From Octopus sinensis (Eukaryota), in the NCBI RefSeq assembly GCF_006345805.1, contig NC_043003.1, positions 6,386,001 to 6,450,000 of the forward strand: a stretch of 64,000 bases of DNA, in the 5' to 3' direction. Every line of letters begins with the position of its first letter. Positions within the stretch are counted from its first letter, which is position 1. Of this stretch, positions 49,287-63,505 are shown in pieces. A model generated the notes under the pieces. It saw only the letters and a list, made by a program, of their open reading frames with translations. It searched no databases and was not told where the DNA came from. Made by a program: the position numbers and the translations under genes.

Positions 49287-49506
49287 CCCTTTAGCATTTA
49301 ATCCGGCCATATCCAGCCCAAATATTCCACTTGTTTTATGTTAAAACTGTCTGGATCCAACCTCTCACACCTACCCTACAATGTCATTTTAAAAATTCAT
49401 TGCCACACCATTTAAATTTTGAAATTACAAAATAAAATGTGATCAATTCAAAACAGCATGAATAAATAAGCAATAAATTTCACAAAGAAGTCTGAAAGCC
49501 AAAGGG
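49287..49506. mobile_element. TTAA-type MITE, second copy
   Basis: ttga|ccctttagcatttaa ... ccaaaggg|ttaa. Confidence 0.7.
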
Positions 49507-49562
49507 TTAAATATGGTGCCTCCATCTTTTGCCCTGCTAGAAATAGCAACCAAATCTCAAAT

Positions 49563-49752
49563 CTATTTCTTTACAACCGACAAGGGGCTAAACACAGAGA
49601 GGACAAACAAGGACAGACAAACGGATTAAGTCGATTACATCAACCCCAGTGCGTAACTGGTATTTAATTTATTGACCCCGAAAGGATGAAAGGCAAAGTC
49701 GACCTCAGCGGAATTTGAACTCAGAACGTAACGGCAGACGAAATACCTATTT
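49563..49752 (-). mobile_element. SINE family A single unit ending at the concatemer junction
   Basis: 5' end reads gaaatac|ctatttc, the inter-unit junction rather than the head. Confidence 0.85.
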
Positions 49753-51099
49753 CCATTAGATAATGAACTCCTTGACGTACCATGCCTTACAATCGTACTC
49801 TTTACTGTACAATATACATTAGATAGTCATCATCATTGTTATCATCATCTTCCTTGCTGGCATCGATCAGGTGGTCTGAGAGGATCCAAGCTTGGGCACT
49901 GTTTTGTGTTCCAATCTCTGCTTTGGAATGGTTTCTGCAGCTAGATGCCTTTCCTAATGCCACCCACCTCACAGAATGTACTGGGGGGCTTTTTTTCTGA
50001 CACCAGCACTTGTGCAGTCACCATGCAACCTGCAAAACTAAGATCCCCTTTGTTTGGGGGAGGTGGGTGGGGGCTACAGTAAAGAGAGGAGAGGCTTTGT
50101 GCAACAGGATGAGGGGTTAACATATGAGAGAAGGGTCCAGAAGAGGTTTCTGGCTAATAATCATGGTCTAGAAGAGAGGGTAGGCATGGCCTGGGTGGGG
50201 CTGGAAAGAGAATAAAAATAAGGGTAATGCGATGTCAGGGTGGACCCTCAAGCCATCTGAATAAATGACAGGTTGGTCATGGTTGGAACAACTTTGATCT
50301 TCACGCTGCTGGATCAAGGCCGACCTTGGGTTAAACAACAATCACCATTAATACTATTATCTATTCGATTATGGAGATCTAGATACAATAGACCATAATA
50401 TAGATACTGTGGGTGGGATGGTCATGAGTGGAGAACTCTTGATCATATTAAGTCTACTAAATGAGGACGTGTCTGAGGGTTAAACAATAAGACACACCAC
50501 ACATTAGATAATGCAGTCCAAATATGGTCATGACTGGACCTGGGGCTAAACAAGGGCAGACACATAAGATAATGTAGTCCTAGGTATATTCAGCCTGAAT
50601 TCAAATTGAGATGGTCATCTTTGATCTGAGATGTCACCAAGATCAAAGTGTTAAAACAACAGAGAACAGGAGGGGGGGGGTAGATCCACGCAGACTGTCA
50701 CCCCACCCACCCTGATGTATAATGTTTATGTTAGTAGGTGCCTAGTGATCCTTTGACAATAGTCCCTGGAATGTTCACAGTGTTTGATCTGGGACTTGCA
50801 CTCCCAGGTTAGACAAATGCCATATCAACTTCAGTTAAGGTTGACCTAAATATTATTAAGCAACATCTTTCTTCCACCACATTCCCTCCTCCTCCCTCTC
50901 CCTCTCTCACACACACACACACACATAACTACACACAATAAATACAATATTTAAACATGTGATTTCCCCCAACATACGCATTCAACCACACACACACATA
51001 CACACTCTCTCTCTCTCTCTTTGTCTATACACACAAACATATACATACACACTGCCAGAAACCTTAGAAGCTGTAATGTGCATACCACACATACAACTA

Positions 51100-51365
51100 C
51101 ACTAACTAATGTGTGTACACACACCAATTGCACGCACACACACACACAGAGCATGCACACACATAAACACACGCACACACAGCATGCACACACATAAACA
51201 CACGCACACACAGCATGCACACACATAAACACACACGCACACAGCATGCACACACATAAACACACACACACACGCATGCACACACACACAGCATGCACAC
51301 ACACACAATACATAAACACACACACAGCATGAACACACACACACACAACACACACCATACACACA
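51100..51365. repeat. CA-based compound minisatellite
   Basis: cacacagcatgcacacacataaac units. Confidence 0.85.
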
Positions 51366-51764
51366 CATGCTGCAACATGTGAAGATCCATTCTTGTGGTA
51401 ACAATATCACTGCTGTCAGTAAGAAGGGTGGTTCTAAAGATAAGACATAGCTTAGCTGTTAGCAGCACCAGTTACCATTTAATAGAGGAGATGATAAATA
51501 TAAGATATATGGAATTGGTTGAAATCTAACAGACCTGACAATGTTATCTGGCACATGGCACCACAGAAGACAAGCATTGTTGTATATAAATCAGCTGATA
51601 ATCTCTAGACAGTTCCTGAAAGAACTGGCAGAGATTGAGACCATCTTCAGTGAACCTAAAAGTTTGGACAATGTCATGTTGTTTACTTTATTCAAACCAA
51701 CACAGGTACGGCCATGATGGAGCAATGCTGGTTTGCTCTTTTTTATGGCTTGATAAGCATGTAC

Positions 51765-52200
51765 TGAGGTGCAGGCTCCAGTCTGATCTGGCAGTGTTTC
51801 TACAGCTGGATGCCCTTCCTAATGCCAACCACTCTGTGAGTGTAGTGGGTGCTTTTTATGTGCCACTGGCACAGGTGCCAGGGGAAGCTGGCAACGGTCA
51901 CGATCGGTTGGTGCTTTTTACGTGCCACCGGCACGGAAGCCAGTCAAGGTGGCACTGGCAATGACCACGTTCAGATGGTGCTTTTTACGTGCCATTGGCA
52001 TATATATATATGTTTGTCACCCCAACATCACTTGACAACCAATGCTGGTGTGTTTATGTCCCCGTAACTTAGTGGTTTGGCAAAAGAGACCGATAGAATA
52101 AGTACTAGGCTTACAAAGAATAAGTCCTGGGGTCAATTTGCTCGACTAAAGGCGGTGCTCCAGCATGGCCGCAGTCAAATGACTGAAACAAGTAACAAAA
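51765..52200. mobile_element. Family C (-, 51765-51998) abutting a SINE B 3' half (+, 52000-52200) at the TA tract
   Basis: Direct reading. Confidence 0.85.
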
Positions 52201-53305
52201 AAAGAAAAAAGAAAAACAGACTTTATAATCAATGTGTATTTGCATCTTTTTCCTTTTTCTTTTTAGTGGATGGACATCTTGTATGAGGGAGAAAGGGAGA
52301 CATTCAGCTTAGAATAAATTAGAGAGAGAGAGAGTGAGTGAGTGAGTGAGTGAGTGAGTGAGTGAGTGAGTGAGTGGAGTGGAGTGGAGTGAGTGAGTGG
52401 TGAGTGAGGAGTGAGTGAGTGAGAGAGAGAGAGTGAGTGAGAGAGTGTGTGTGTGTGTGTGTGTGCTTGTATATTTCTGAATGTCTCAAAGGAACATTCA
52501 AGAATAATCAAAAAACGAAAGAGAAAGCAAAGGGGGTGGGGAAGGAATAGTAATGAAGCTTTCCTCTCTTCTTCTCCCACCAACAGCCTGACTCCCACCG
52601 CTACCGCCACCACCAGGACCCAAGGGAAGGGAGGGGCTATCTGATGGGGACAAATCAGTGCAATATCAACACTCACATATCTGTATAAATAAACTGGGTA
52701 TTCATAGCCCGGAGAAGGTGGCCTAGACGTGCTCCTTTGTCTTGCTAGAAATAGCAACCATTCTCCCTCAAATTACACATTATATCAAACTTAAAGAAAA
52801 CATTCCAAATAACAAAAAACTGGATAACTTTTTTAAGACAGAAGAGCAGGTCGTAGGTGATCAATAGGTTTGTCTGTTCCATTTTAAAGGGTTAACCTAG
52901 GGCTAAATACTAACTTGGTATTTAGGGGCCTAGGTAAGGGTGAGGAGGGTAAGGTTTATAGGGAAGTGTAGTGTTAATAATCATTAGGATAATGCATGAA
53001 AACCAATAAATTCCCTTTCAATATGACTCAGTCCACTAGAAACAGCAGCCAAATCTCCCTCCTGAAATCATTCACTACTGTTTCTGAAAGGAGAAATATT
53101 TTAGATAATGTGACAGATTAAGCAAGGATGGTCACAACTGGAATGTCTTTGATCATAGGTCTGCTTGATCAGAAACTGGGGTCAAACAACAACAGCAGCT
53201 GGCAGTTTAGATGAAGAGGATCTGGAGGTGTTGATGGTCAGGAATAAGGGATGAACATCACCAATTCTCTCTGTGTTAGGATTAAACAAAAGCAAAACGT
53301 TGCTG

Positions 53306-53563
53306 CCCCAGCTCCCCTTCAGGGTTGGCGTAAGCGATGTGGTGGACAATGAAAAACCTGGCTGATGACAGTCAAGGCTGATCTGGAACCCAACCTAGGC
53401 CCCCATATCTACGACGTTCGCTGCTGGAATAAGGAGTGGTTGGAGATCACGCGGTCATTAACCTCCAATCGCCAGACCTGGTCGGTGTTTGTGAGAGATA
53501 CAGCATTGAGGATGACTGAAGCCAGCTCAACCCACCCCGGGTGAATGCTGTCTCAAGTCAAGT
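53306..53563 (+). mobile_element. RTE 3' fragment, (caagt)n tail, with TSD
   Basis: 13-bp TSD caaaacgttgctg at 53293-53305 and 53564-53576; homologous to 36655-36910. Confidence 0.9.
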
Positions 53564-53774
53564 CAAAACGTTGCTGTGTCATATAAGCTGACGGCTTGGA
53601 AGTGAGGGAGGAATGAAAGCCACAACACGTGTGTGTATACACACACACACACACACAAACACAGGTGAAGGAAAGGCTATGCAGTTAAGAAGCCCACTTT
53701 GCAGACCCCATAAGCTTCAGGCTGACCAAAGGCATAGGAAGGAATTTGGTAGAGGGGAAACTGCATGGAAGCCT

Positions 53775-54425
53775 GACACTTGGAGAAAGCCTTTGACAAG
53801 TGGAAGCTAGGGGTAGATGAGTGGCTGGTGGTAGCAGTCCATGCCATGGACAGGAATACTGTCTGTAGTCATCATCATCATCGTTTAACATCTGTTTTCC
53901 ATGCTAGCATGGGTTGGATGGTTCGACTGGGGTCTGGGAAGCCAGGAGGCTGCACCAGGCCCCAGTCTGATCTGGCAGTGTTTCTACAGCTGGATGCCCT
54001 TCCTAAAGCCAACCACTCCGAGAGTTTAGTGGGTGCTTTTTACGTGCCACCAGCACAGGGGCCAGAGGAGCTGGCACCATCCACGATTGGATGGTATAAA
54101 ATTTAATTTTTATGCAGGCTCAAAAATCAAATTTCTAATGGGAGAAAGCTGACAGGGAAGGGGGGAGGGGGGAAGGAGAGAAAGAGGGACATGGAGATAT
54201 TCTATTGAAACAATACAGGGTATTAATCAAAAATAATCCTACACCATAAGGATGAAACAAAAATCTTTATAGTAGCAATGAATTTAGTGAGCAGGTAGGA
54301 GTTCACTAAGGCCCGGTTCTCAGCCCCCTCTTCTTTATCATAGTCCTCCAGACCATAACAGAGGAATATAAAACTGGTTGGCCATAAGAGCTTCTCTATG
54401 CTGATGACCCTTGTTCTATGGCATC
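53775..54425 (+). pseudogene. Fragmented RTE reverse transcriptase core
   Basis: EKAFD..KLGVDEWLVVAVHAM (53780-53860) and VGVH*GPVLSPLFFIIVLQ...ELLYADD (54280-54420), split by a minus-strand family C copy at 53868-54095. Confidence 0.8.
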
Positions 54426-54547
54426 CAGCCATAGAGACCATGCTGGAGGAGACAATAGGGATGGGGGAAAAGGTTCTCAACTTGCCACAGATCCAGTCAA
54501 ACTGTCCAGTCCATGCCAGAATGATAGGAGGACGTTAGATGAGGATG

Positions 54548-54578
<31 letters not shown>

Positions 54579-54579
54579 T

Positions 54580-54768
54580 ACTCTTTTACTTGTTTCAGTC
54601 ATCTGACTGCGGCCATGCTGGAGCACCACCTTTAATCGAGCAACTCGACCCCGGGACTTATTCTTTTGTAAGCCCAGTACTTATTCTATTGGTCTCTTTT
54701 GCCAGACCGCTAAGTAACTGGGACATAAACACTCCAACATCGGTTGTCAAGCAATGCTAGGGGGACAA

Positions 54769-54799
<31 letters not shown>

Positions 54800-54955
54800 C
54801 ATGATGGGCTTCTTTCAGTTTCCGTCTACCAAATCCACTCACAAGGCTTTGGTCGGCACGCGGCTATAGTAGAAGACACTTGCCCAAGGTGCTACGTAGT
54901 GGGACTGAACCCGGAACCATGTGGTTCGTAAACAAGCTACTTACCACACAGCCAC
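54580..54955 (-). mobile_element. SINE family B
   Basis: Near full length. Confidence 0.92.
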
Positions 54956-55204
54956 GTTTATATTTATATTTATTTATTCATGCATATGTGTGTGTGTGTG
55001 CTTTTTAACCCCAAACCAGTGTTGGATTGTAGCTTGTTATTAAGTAAACACAGAGCAGAGAAATAGATACAAGCGTCCAATTTGTCTGACTAAACCCTTC
55101 AGGGCAGTGCCCCAGCATGGGCTGCAGCCCAACGACTAAATCATGTTAAAAAGATATGTATGAGTACATACATACATACATACATACACAAAATCACAAA
55201 TTTT

Positions 55205-55455
55205 ATTTAATTTGCTTTGCAGGAAGGACTGTTTCAACGAAGTTGTGTCTTGCCCTTATCTTCCAAACACAGAGTAGACAAAGCAGGGGCAGCTGAAGAA
55301 GGGGAATATTCCTTGTGTTGTATGTCTTGTTCTCTGTTTTTTCGTTGTTTGAAAAAAGTCCGTTTCCATGGTTTTGTATTTGTTTTCGTTTCTCATTGTG
55401 TTCAACGTTTTTTTGGTGTCCTGTACTCATATATCCATGTATATATACATATAGA
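55205..55455. repeat. Unclassified interspersed element, possibly Penelope pLTR-derived
   Basis: ctgaagaagggg and gtttcaac half-motifs, T-rich tract, ends in a TA microsatellite; class is inferred. Confidence 0.35.
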
Positions 55456-55482
55456 TGTAGGTACATACATATATGTATGTAT

Positions 55483-55881
55483 ACTCTTTTACTTGTTTCA
55501 GTCATTTGACTGCGGCCATGCTGGAGCACCGCCTTTAGTTGAGCAAATCGACCCCGGGACTTATTCTTTGTAAGCCCAGTACTTATTCTATCGGTCTCTT
55601 TTGCCGAACCGCTAAGTGACGGGGAGGTAAACACACCAGCATCGGTTGTCAAGCAATGCTAGGGGAACAAACACAGACACACAAACACACACACACATAC
55701 ATATATATACATATATACGACAGGCTTCTTTCAGTTTCCGTCTACCAAATCCACTCACAAGGCATTGGTCGGCCCGGGGCTATAGTAGAAGACACTAGCC
55801 CAAGATGCCACGCAGTGGGACTGAACCCAGAACCATGTGGTTGGTTAGCAAGCTACTTACCACACAGCCACTCCTGCGCCT
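55483..55881 (-). mobile_element. SINE family B
   Basis: Full length. Confidence 0.92.
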
Positions 55882-55908
55882 ATATGCATGTTTTATTTAT
55901 TATTTTGT

Positions 55909-55943
<35 letters not shown>

Positions 55944-56460
55944 TACATACATATATATGACTAGCTTAAAAGCTGCAGTGCATGTGGACTTTTAAGCTAA
56001 AGAGAGCTAAACAGCATGACTGTTAATGCATCTATAATGACTATATGCCCCAGTGGTGTTTAATATCAGAGATTAATGGCAAATGAGAAAGAATTCTGTA
56101 AAGCAATCGTTCTATTGTTCCAGTCCCAAGTTGAATTCCAACTTTTGGCCAATTTGTCCCAAAGTTCTCATCTTGACATAAATTTAACGAAGCAAATGTC
56201 ATTTATTTCCCCCTTGATCTCCGACGTCATCTGACCAATGCCAACTAAGATGGCATGAATCAGTTAAGCTTCACCTGCTAGAAATAGTAACAACCTAGAT
56301 GCTCTTACATCGGATCCCAATGCTGGATGTTCAAGAACCAAATATGAAGGGCAGATTTCCAATTCTGGGATCATCCCGAATCCCAAAAGGTATAAATATG
56401 TTTTATGTAGAGCAAATGTAGACTGAGATACAAGGGTCCAAGATGGACAGAATTTCCCTA

Positions 56461-57015
<555 letters not shown>

Positions 57016-57083
57016 GTAATACTAAAAATGGGACAAGAACTCAAAACATCCAGACAGTTAGATGATACAAAAAAGGGGACAAA

Positions 57084-57123
<40 letters not shown>

Positions 57124-58564
57124 CAGACAGACAGACAGACAGAGACCCATGTCTTACAGTGCAAAAAACACAGGAGTTTTAACCCCTAGGAAACGATGGG
57201 AGGCAGAGATGAAGTTTTTTTTTTTTTTTGACATGGTAAGTATGGCCATCACAAATCACACACAGCTCTTGCCATGCCCCTCCACCCTCTCTCTCTCTCT
57301 CTCTCTTTGGCACTGCAGTGTTTTGTTTTCTTTTATCAATCAGTTAAAAGGGCGGAGCTATATGTGTGAATAGGTGAAAGGGGTAGGGGTAGACAGGTAT
57401 GTGTTTGTATGTGACGGAGAAGGGGGTAGGGCAAAGAGAGTGTGTCCCCTTGGTGTTTCTAAGGAGAGATGACTTCTGGGGTGAGAAAGGGCAGGAAGTG
57501 GGAAGAAGAGAGAGTGGGTGGGGGCTCAGATTCTTTAGATTGTAGACATAGGAAGGTAAGGTGGGAGGTGAGTAAGTAGGTAAGTAAGGCAATAAGGGGG
57601 AACGTGGGGAGTGAGGTAAATGGGTAAGGTAAACATAGGTAGGTGGATAGGTGGGTAGGTTGGGTATAAAGATAGGTACATATGTAGATGGAGAGAGTAG
57701 GTGAGTTAATAGACAAACAGACAGACAAACAAAGAGGCAGGTAGGCAGCCAAACAGATAAACTCATATCTGAGACTGATCACAACTTTTGAGATGTGAAG
57801 TGGAGGAGTTTGAGGGTGGAAGGGCATGGCAAGAGGTGAGAATTGTCAAGAGAGTGAAGAGGCAGGACCATTTCATAAGCAGAAGGGAATAAGGGTACTG
57901 CTTTTTAAAGGGAAAGGTCATCAACTGAATTATAGTAACAGGACAAAGAAGAAAAAAAAAGGATGAGGGGGACACACAGACACCCTTCCTGATTCTCTTC
58001 TCCCACCACTACAATGGCTTCTACTCTTCCTAAGTGGTCAGTTTTGTATCTCACCTTTCTCTGCCCCCAACCTAATAACAACCACCTCAGCTCTTCCCCC
58101 CACCCAACCCCCACGTTTGCATGGTCACTCAACCTGCTGGAAATAACAGCCAAATTTCCTTCAAACTCCATTTCACTGTTTAAAAAAAAAGACACTGGAT
58201 AATTTAGAGGATGAAAGGGGAGGTCCCTGTACATGAAAAAAGACAGGATGGTCATGGATGGAATATCAGGGCTAAACTGGGGGTTAATCTACAACAGCTT
58301 CTCCATCCTTACTGACCAACACCCACCCCAGCCCACCCACTCAACTACCACTTCAGTACTGACCAATCCTTTCTCTACAAAATATATCCCTCTGAAAATC
58401 AATCCCTTCCCAACAAACAACTTTATCAATCTGTTTTGTCTGGGCATCAACAGAGGTCACAGGCACTGGCCCCTCTTCCTCCAACATTTGGAAAACTCAT
58501 GCAGATGGGAGCTTCTACATGGCTGTTGCACCTCCTAAAAATAGCAGTCAAATCTTCTAATGTC

Positions 58565-58930
58565 ACAACTTTGAACCTACGAGCATGATCATTGCCAGAG
58601 CAGCTATCTGGCCTCCATGCTGGTGGCACATAAAAGACACCATTCAAGCATGATCGTTACCAGCATCGCCTTACTGGCACCTGTGCCGGTGGCATGTGTA
58701 AAAGATTCGAGCAAGGTCGTTGCCAGTGCCGCCTGACTGGCCCCATACTGGTGGGACGTAAAAGCACCCACTACACTCTAGGAATGGTTGGCATTAGGAA
58801 GGGCATCCAGCTGTACAAACTCTGCCAATTCAAGATTGAAGCCTGGTGTAGCCATCTGATTCGCCAGCCCTCAGTCATTCGTCCAACCCATGCTAGCATG
58901 GAAAGCAGATGTTAAGCGATGATGATGAAG
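58565..58930 (+). mobile_element. Family C subfamily copy (as at 8768 and 18340)
   Basis: gtaaaagattcgagc variant; (gat)n tail. Confidence 0.85.
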
Positions 58931-59519
58931 AAGAAGATCAAGTCAGAAATTTTCCTTCCATATTTGCAAGATGTTTCAGCTGAGAGCACAAAACTGCCCT
59001 TGAAACAGGGGCCAACCTGTTGTAGAGTTAATAACACCCGAACCCCTAAGTGCGTAGCCAAGTGGTTAGGGGGTGGCAATCATGATGGCAAGATCATAAT
59101 TTCGATTCCCAGACTAGAAGACAAAACACTTCATTTCACCCTGTTAATGAGTAACAAACTGACATCAGGGGGAATGTTTATAATTTGAGTCACCAAGGAA
59201 ACTGAGTGACTGGCCAGCCGTACAAGGAAACTGAGCAACTGGCCATACGAGTCCTACAACTTTTTATACAAACCCTCCCCACCACAGTCAGATGTATTGA
59301 GGCTCATCGTTTTTTCTAAGATGTAATAATCTTTGAGGATTGTTGTGGTATGAATATGTAAAATATATGGAAGTTCAGGGAATAAACATTAAAATGTTAA
59401 AACCTCACTAATAATAATAACAGCTGATGTTAAAACAGCAGAGGAGAACTGGGGTAGATTCTGTGTTGATAATGGGGTGTGGTGATAGATCATAGTGGGT
59501 TGGGGAGAGGTTGTGTTAC

Positions 59520-59794
59520 TTATCTCTCTCTCTCCATCCATCCATCCATCTATTTATCTCTCTCTCTCTCCATCCATCCATCTATTTATCTCTCTCTCTC
59601 TCCATCCATCCATTTATCTCTCTCTCTATCCATCTATTTATCTCTCTCTCTCTCTCCATCCATCCATCTATCTCTCTCTCTCTCTCTCCATCCATCCATC
59701 TATTTATTTATCTCTCTCTACCAACTTATCCATCTATCTTTCCACCCAGTTATCCATCTACCTATCTGTCCATCTATTTAACCCCACCATTTAT

Positions 59795-59835
<41 letters not shown>
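59520..59835. repeat. Compound (TC)/(TCCA)/(TA) repeat
   Basis: Direct reading. Confidence 0.9.
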
Positions 59836-59838
<3 letters not shown>

Positions 59839-60950
59839 CATTCATGAATGGTATCTTTGTCAGTTGATTCATTCCCAACTCTCCACCCCCTTATTGCACT
59901 CAGCACTTTGTTGTGGTGGGGTGAAATAAAGGTGTATCTGGACAACACCACAGGTGCCTGGCAAACAATCCAGAGGGGAGGGACAGGGAAATAGGGTATA
60001 GATAAAAGGGACTACATCTGAAAAGGGGACAGTATAAAGGGTCTCTTAGTCCCTGTTTCAATATTGGAAATTAATCTCCCTCACCCACAAACCTTTGCTG
60101 TGGAAGAGGTCAAGATTGGGAGCTGGAGGGGAAGGGGGCAGTTTATAGTGTTTGTTCCTTTTTTTTTTCAAATAAAACTGATTTCCAGGTAAAGTGTAAA
60201 AAAGACAATCATTTCATGGCAACCACTTCAACTATTACCACAAGCACAACTTATCACCAGCATCATCATCATCACTACTAGATTCACAATCATCACTACA
60301 ACACCACCACCCCAACACAACCACCGCCACCACCACCACCACCACGACGACCACCCCAACTACCACCACTATCACCTTAAATGTTAACCATCACCAAGAG
60401 TTTTAACACCACATCTCCCACTCCAAGGGAAATGAGATAGGAGTATATATATGGCCAACAAGGGAAGTGCCATGCTCAACCCGCTAGCAATAACAGCTAA
60501 ATCGGATCTTTTCCCTTTGACCGGCAGATTTAAAAAATAATTTTTTGTAACAAAACACTTTTAAACTTCGTATACTAGTAGAAGGTGTCACATAAAACAT
60601 CTTTTTCTTGAGAAAATTCTGTAGTTTGTAAGCTATTTGTTGTTAAATTTCTCGTATTTCCGCAATTTCAACCAATCAATGACGTCTATTGAGGTGAATA
60701 CAATGTGGTCAGTAAGCAAGTTACTTACCACACAGCCACTCCAGCGCCTGTGAAAGATAGATTATTTTAACAGCATGCTTTTCTGTTAGTAAATGGGTTT
60801 TTCTTACACACAGACTCGCTCGATGCAGGGTGAGGTTAAATAAATTTCTTTTTTTACTGTTGTCGCTTAAATCCCAGCAATGGAACCTACTGCATCCAGA
60901 AAATATGTTTATGGTGACAAAAATATTGGAAAATATCAATACATCAATAT

Positions 60951-61116
60951 AGGCATAGGAGTGGCTGTGTGGTAATTAGCTTGATTACCAACCACATGGT
61001 TCCAGGTTCAGACCCACTGCATGGCACCTTGGGTAAGTGTCTTCTACTATAGCCTCAGGTCAACCAAAGCCTTGTGAGTGGGTTTGGTAGAACTGAAACT
61101 GAAAGAAGCCCGTCGC

Positions 61117-61184
<68 letters not shown>

Positions 61185-61380
61185 TTGTGTGTCTGTGTTT
61201 GTCCCCCCAACATCGCTTGACAACCGATGCTGGTGTGTTTACGTCGCCATAACAGTTCGGCAAAAGAGACCGACAGAATAAGTACTAGGCTTACAAAGAA
61301 TAAGTCCTGGGGTCGATTTGCTCGACTAAAGACGGTGCTCCAGCATGGCCACAGTTACATGACTGAAACAAGGAAAAGAG
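60951..61380 (+). mobile_element. SINE family B
   Basis: Full length. Confidence 0.92.
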
Positions 61381-62259
61381 TATATGTGAAAGTGACAAAG
61401 AAACAAGGAAGGTACAAGATGGACGTGGGATGAGCTAGAAACAATAGCCGTTTTAAAAAAAATGGACAAAATCGGCCGGGAAGTGGGGAGAGGGATTCAT
61501 AAATTTTCAAAAACAAGTTTCATAAAAAGTTGACCCCCATCATTTGTCTAGAGTGTAGTGGAAGAAAACATTGAAAAATCCCCGTCAAAACAGAAAATCC
61601 AACAAATGTGGGTGTGTTATTTCAAAAGACTACGAAGGCCATTCGATTGTGAAAATTACCCGGCAACGACGGGATACTCAGCTAGTTGTGTGTGTATGAG
61701 AGAGAGAGAGAGAGAGAGAGATGAAAGATCGTTTATTAACGATTCGTTTCACTTTCACTTGCCACATGTCTGCCATTTTATGTTTTAAAAAAATTCGAAA
61801 AACCGCCGTTTAAGGTAAACCTATCATATCTGATTTATATTCCTATGGTTAATACAGTAAGGAGCCATGAAGACCACAGCATCACAGCTCTCCATTTAAA
61901 ATGTCTGAAGGAAACGATTATTTTTAATTAAAATTTAATAAAAAAAAATTACTTTACAAGATATACAACAGTAAATATATTTCACCTCTAACTTCAATGT
62001 GATGTTGTGATATTCATGTCTTTACCACCATCACCCAACCTGATATTAGAAATGCAAAAGTTGTGATGGTCACGGCGGGAATAAGTTCGATTGTTCAGCT
62101 GGATCAAGATTGACATAACTACATAACAACAACTAAAGTGAAACAAGACTTCTAAAGGGGCTTTACGAGGTCCCAAGACACTTGACTGCCTTAAAATAGG
62201 GCACATTAGATCATGTACTCCTAGATATATTATACATGAATAATAATGAGAGCCTGCAT

Positions 62260-62630
62260 GTGTTCGATCACACGACCTGCTAGAAATAGCAGCTAAATAT
62301 CCCTCAAATTATCTTTTAAAAAAGTGTTAATATCTTGACTAAAAGGCAGGATGGTCACTTCTAGAATGCCCAGTGAAATGAATCAGGGCTGGGTGGGCTG
62401 TGATTAAACAACAAAACACGAGCCAAGATTACTCGATCTGCTAGAAACAACAGCCAAACCTTCGTCAACCACACCTTTTTAATAATGGTTTCAGATGTTG
62501 GCACAGGGATACACTGGACAATATAGTCTACGATGTACACACCAATGGGACGGTCACGACAGGAATGCATCTGATCATTAAAAAGTCTACTACACCGAAG
62601 CTGATCTGAGACTAAACAACAACGCCTACA
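62260..62630 (+). repeat. Two family F copies
   Basis: ctgctagaaatagcagc/aacagccaaa heads; ctgatctgagactaaacaacaac tail. Confidence 0.65.
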
Positions 62631-63114
62631 GACCCACTCGATATGAGATTAAATTAGATGTAATAATTCTTTTGCAATATAATGAAATAATAGTGGTAAT
62701 ATTTCAATAAAATGAAGTAAAGTATTCTAAAACATGACAATCAATTGTTAAATAGTGGAGAAATAATAATATTATGGATGGGGAAAAATGTGAATCTGAT
62801 GGTGGCAGACGACAGTTGAAATTATGGAGGCGGGGGAAATGGCGAACTCACGTGAACTTTCATTGTGAAAACGAATCAATTTGTTTAGTTTGGATTCCTC
62901 TTTGAATAGAAATTGCTTAAATTCTTACGATTAACCAATAATGATATAAAAAGTAATGGTTCTTTCTGTAATAATAATGATTTATTTCAGGTTATTTTTA
63001 GGAATTTAACATTTTTTTCCTCTGCACACAAATTGGTGACCACCGTCCATAAATAGGAACGCCGACGAACGAGATTAATTTTCAATTAGTTAATAGAATT
63101 ATTATTATTATTAT

Positions 63115-63505
63115 TTGAAAGACGGCGAACCGATAAAATCGTTAGCATGTCGGACAAAATGTTTAATGGCATTACAACTTCCGAGTTCAAATTCTGCCGA
63201 ACTCGACCTTACCTTTCATCCTTTTGGGGTCGATAAAATTAGTTGAACACTGGGGTCGATGTAAACGATTTGCCCTTCCCCTCGAAACCTGCTGGCCCTG
63301 TGCCAACAACTGAAACCATTATTAGAAGTTCGGTAAAATGGTGGACCAAATGCCAAGTGTTGTTTAGTTGCATTCCTTCATGTTCTGAATCTAATATTCC
63401 ACCAGAGTTGGTAAAATTAAGTATCAACTGAGAACTGGGGTCAATGTAATCGACTTGTTCCTGCCCCCAAAATTTCAGGTATTGGGCATAAAGCTGAAAG
63501 GGATT
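63115..63505 (+). mobile_element. Old SINE A' copies
   Basis: gagttcaaattctgcc...catccttttggggtcgataaaatt; second copy ends cccccaaaatttcagg. Confidence 0.75.

Noticed and set aside
55221-55315. Hammerhead half-motifs (ctgaagaagggg..., minus-strand gaaacagtc)
   Set aside because: Cannot assemble both core segments with a valid stem II on one strand in this copy.
60505-60705. Segment I recall as a common octopus interspersed repeat
   Set aside because: No second copy, TIR or TSD in the window to support a call.
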